Shown here: positions 60,916 to 64,000 of the stretch, piece by piece
How positions within the stretch are numbered: the first letter of the stretch is position 1
Layout: each line of letters opens with the position of its first letter
From: Ranitomeya imitator
Lineage: Eukaryota
Direction: 5' to 3'
Assembly: GCF_032444005.1 (NCBI RefSeq)
Contig: NC_091285.1
Location: 23,498,001-23,562,000, forward strand
DNA: 64,000 bases
Notes under the pieces: generated by a model
What the model was told of the DNA's origin: nothing
Databases searched by the model: none
What the model saw: only the letters and a program-made list of their open reading frames with translations
Made by a program: the position numbers and the translations under genes

Positions 60916-61064
60916 CTGGAAATAGAAACAGATCAATCAACACAAAGTTTATGACGAAGCGTGTAATACTATGTTTAATGGTGTGTATGTGGTATAGTGT
61001 ACCGTTGTGTCGCTATCGGCTGGACATGTCACTCGGCACCAGTCGGAAATTAGATATACACTAA

Positions 61065-61475
61065 TATTCTCATCTCCAAGATCCTATCCCAATATGTAGT
61101 AGGTGTAATAATAAGAATATTAGAAAACACCTAAAATTAGAAATGTAGTATAGTTCTTCTGATTAGCTATGTTGCTTACCCCATGTGCAGGGCATGGCAG
61201 TAGCTTAGATATCCATGGTTACTACCAATAACAGCTGTCCTGACAATAGATACAGGGCAGGGCATTGCAGTAGCTTAGGTATCCATGGTCACGACCACTC
61301 AGTGACAGTTGTTAGTGGTCGTAACCATGGATACCTAAGCTACTGCCATGCCCTGCACATGGGGTAAGCGACAGCGAATCAGAAGAACTATCTACATTTT
61401 AAACTGGGAGGTATTCGCTATTATTATTACACCTAGTACATACTGGGATAGGATATTGGAGATGGGAATACCCCT
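61065..61475. mobile_element. Palindromic Kolobok/T2-type MITE
   Basis: Long inverted arms (catctccaagatcctatccc / gggataggatattggagatg); right end CCCCT|TTAA. Confidence 0.75.
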
Positions 61476-61859
61476 TTAATATTTTTTTTTTAAAGATATA
61501 TAAAAAAAAATTATTTAATTTTAATTAAAAAAAAAGTTGGAATCACCCAATTTTCCCAACCTGAAAATAAAAAATATTGAAAACAAAATTAATATATTTG
61601 GTATCATCAAGTTAGATAAAAATCTAAAATTAATTAACATATAAAGTACAAAGCCGTAAGGGGAAAAAAAAATGGCATCTTTTTAGTTGCTGCATATTCC
61701 ACAATAAAAATGCCATAAAAAGAAAACAACATTGGTATTAAGTACCACACAAAATAAAACAAAAAAACTCACATCTTCGTCAATGTCAGAAAAAAAAAAC
61801 ATAGGGTTGAGAGAATTGTATCATTTTTTTTTTTTATTTTTTTTTTACAAAAGTTCAAG

Positions 61860-62390
61860 ATTTTTTTTTAAACCAATAAAAAAAAAAAAAAAAATAATAA
61901 GTCATGTTTAAAAAGTACACAAAAAGGTAATAAAAAAAGCACACGAAAATGCAAAAAAAAACAAAAATGTAATAAAGAAGTACATAAAAAAAAGTATGCA
62001 AAAATGCAATTAAAAAAGCACACAAAAATGCAAAAAGGACACAAAAACGAAATAAAAACGTACACAAAAAAGCATAAAATTAAAAAAAGCACACAAAACT
62101 GCAAAAAGGACACAAAAACGCAATAAAAACGTGCATAAAAAAAATATGCCAAAATGCAATAAAAAAAGCACACACAAAGGACACAAACAAAAACGTACAC
62201 AAAAAAAAGCATAAAAAGTGCAAAAATGCAATAAAAAAGTACACAAAATACAAATAAAAACACACGAAAAAGCATTGGAGTACACAAAAATGCAATAAAA
62301 AAAAAAAACACAAATCATAAAAAGTACACAAAAACGCAATAAAACGCTTGCAAAAATGCTATAAAAAACGTATATAAAAACGCTATACAA
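61860..62390. repeat. A-rich low-complexity repeat
   Basis: aaaaaagcacacaaaaatgcaataaaaa variants. Confidence 0.75.
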
Positions 62391-62803
62391 AAATCCAAGT
62401 AACCTACTTTAAATAATAGGTGTAGAAATCCTGCAGCATCAAAACCTCCCCAAAAGCTCCTTGGGGGAAAAGTGAATCATAGAGGCAGGGGTTAAAACCC
62501 AGGACATGCGGACGTAGCAGGGCTTTGCCAGTACATCGCTGGTGTCAGGGCTTTTACGTAGGACTGCAGCTAAATACGCGCTGCAGAGCGAGTAACCCCT
62601 GACACAATGCAACCAATTGAGCTCTGCTACATCCAATGCACCCAATGCACAGCACATGGGGCAGCTGTGCTGCTTCCTCCTCCACTGCTGATCTTCCTGT
62701 GCAGGCCTCCTCCTCCTCCTCCTGTGGGGAAGGCTTTAGTGCAGCACAGATCATATGATCTGCAGCTCAGTGCTGGGCACAGTCCCAGTGACAGTAGATC
62801 AGC

Positions 62804-62833
62804 ATGGCAGCCACCAGTCTGAGGGACTGTAAG
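62804..62833 (+). CDS. TTC38: Tetratricopeptide repeat protein 38, first coding exon (remainder outside the window)
   Basis: agcATGG Kozak context, MAATSLRDCK, then a consensus donor AAG|GTGAGT. It resembles the recalled human N-terminus MAAASPLRDCQ and lies head-to-head with CDPF1 as in human 22q13. Only 10 codons, so synteny carries part of the call. Confidence 0.72.
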
Positions 62834-63474
62834 GTGAGTCCTCGCCCTCCTGGCTGGCACCACTGTGCCCCCTTACTCCATAGGAATGATCCTCTGCCCC
62901 CAAATCCAGCGTCTTATGCCTGATGTCTCAAGGCTGCATTCACGAGCTGCGATGTGTTACACTGTCCCCTAATTCTTCCCAAAACCGCAGCTAACCCACC
63001 TGTCCGCCCCCTTATACAGCTGCAGAAAGTTGAGGGGAGTTGTTCGCAGGGTCTTGACACTATAAAAGTTGGAGGCCATGAAAAGAAACAAAGTTTTGTT
63101 AAGGCCCCAAAATTTCACAGAAGGGAGCAATGTTCGCCCGTCGTCAGCAGAGGATTAGCGCTGCCTTTATCCAGTTAGGTGTCTATTAACCTATTATGGG
63201 GGGGAGCGGGACCCATTTTTGAGAGTGATCTTTTTTTTTTCCTGTCACCTTCCTGCATGATTCTAGGAGAGTTGGGAAGTATTCCTGTAATGTAGTAGCC
63301 AAAGTGCTCCCTTCCCTTCCCGGTGACTCCATAACTGACTTAGAGATGGAACACTGCTATATGTCCTTCCTGGCAGTATAGTAGAAGGTGCACAATTTTG
63401 CGTTTACGTATGCTTGTTCCGATACTGCACATGCACAAGTATGTACCATCACACTGTCCACTGTCAGGATAACA

Positions 63475-64000
63475 CGACATTACCCCTTATGAATTGTAAC
63501 CTCCACGCTGTCTATCCTTATGAATTATAACCTCTGCACTGTCCGCCCTTATGAACTATAACATCCACTCTGTCCGCCCTTATCAACTATAACCTCCACG
63601 CTGTCCGCCCTTATCAACTATAACATCCACTCTGTCTGCCCTTATCAACTATAACCTCCACGCTGTCCGCCCTTATCAACTATAACATCCACACTGTCTG
63701 CCCTTATCAACTATAACATCCACTCTGTCCGCCCTTATCAACTATAACCTCCACAATGTCGGCCCTTATCAACTATAACCTCCACACTGTCTGCCCTTAT
63801 CAACTATAACCTCCACACTGTTCGCCCTTATCAACTATAACCTCCACAATGTCGGCCCTTATCAACTATAACCTCCACACTGTCTGCCCTTATCAACTGT
63901 AACCTCCACGCTGTCCGCCCTTATCAACTATAACATCCACTCTGTCTGCCCTTATCAACTATAACCTCCACACTCTGCCCTTATCAACTATAACCTCCAC
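63475..64000 (+). repeat. 31-bp minisatellite in TTC38 intron 1 (continues past the window)
   Basis: Unit gcccttatcaactataacctccacgctgtcc, about 16 copies. Confidence 0.95.

Noticed and set aside
56530-62390. Phe/Leu/Cys-rich 'membrane-like' ORFs (56530-57120, 58387-59398, 61855-62390)
   Set aside because: Translations of CT-rich, A-rich and minisatellite low-complexity DNA.
62439-62863. Short ORFs around the TTC38 start (e.g. MICAALKPSPQEEEEE...)
   Set aside because: No homology recognised; they overlap the presumed promoter and 5' UTR and are driven by a CCT triplet run.

Overview
This is eukaryotic DNA, almost certainly from a frog: spliced vertebrate genes sit among a repeat set typical of anurans. 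There are three sized N-gaps. I reconstructed four genes exon by exon from GT-AG boundaries and reading phase: PARVB (minus, 13 coding exons, 10347-45795, 364 aa), YARS2 (plus, 5 exons, 51756-55038, 461 aa), CDPF1 (minus, 3 coding exons, 55989-60915, 113 aa) and the first coding exon of TTC38 (plus, 62804-62833). The rest is mostly transposable elements and tandem repeats. These include an L2 LINE 3' end, three full-length but defective Tc1 elements plus one relic, and a full-length chromodomain Ty3/Gypsy (Tf1/sushi-type) retrotransposon in PARVB intron 10. There are also two non-autonomous Helitrons, a 4.7 kb piggyBac-like element, several Harbinger- and Kolobok/T2-type MITEs, and 31-, 34-, 86-, 90- and ~390-bp tandem repeats. 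Most long ORFs in the supplied track are repeat artefacts. I found no convincing new biological system. The best leads are the gene order (YARS2 between PARVB and CDPF1, no PKDREJ), a tRNA-independent self-priming signature in the Gypsy element, a fold-back architecture of the 86-bp repeat, a repeat-derived CCAAT array in front of YARS2, telomere-like repeats carried inside DNA transposons, and a ~43-bp duplication around an LTR-like insert. Gene identities rest on my recall of orthologous protein sequences; no database search was run.
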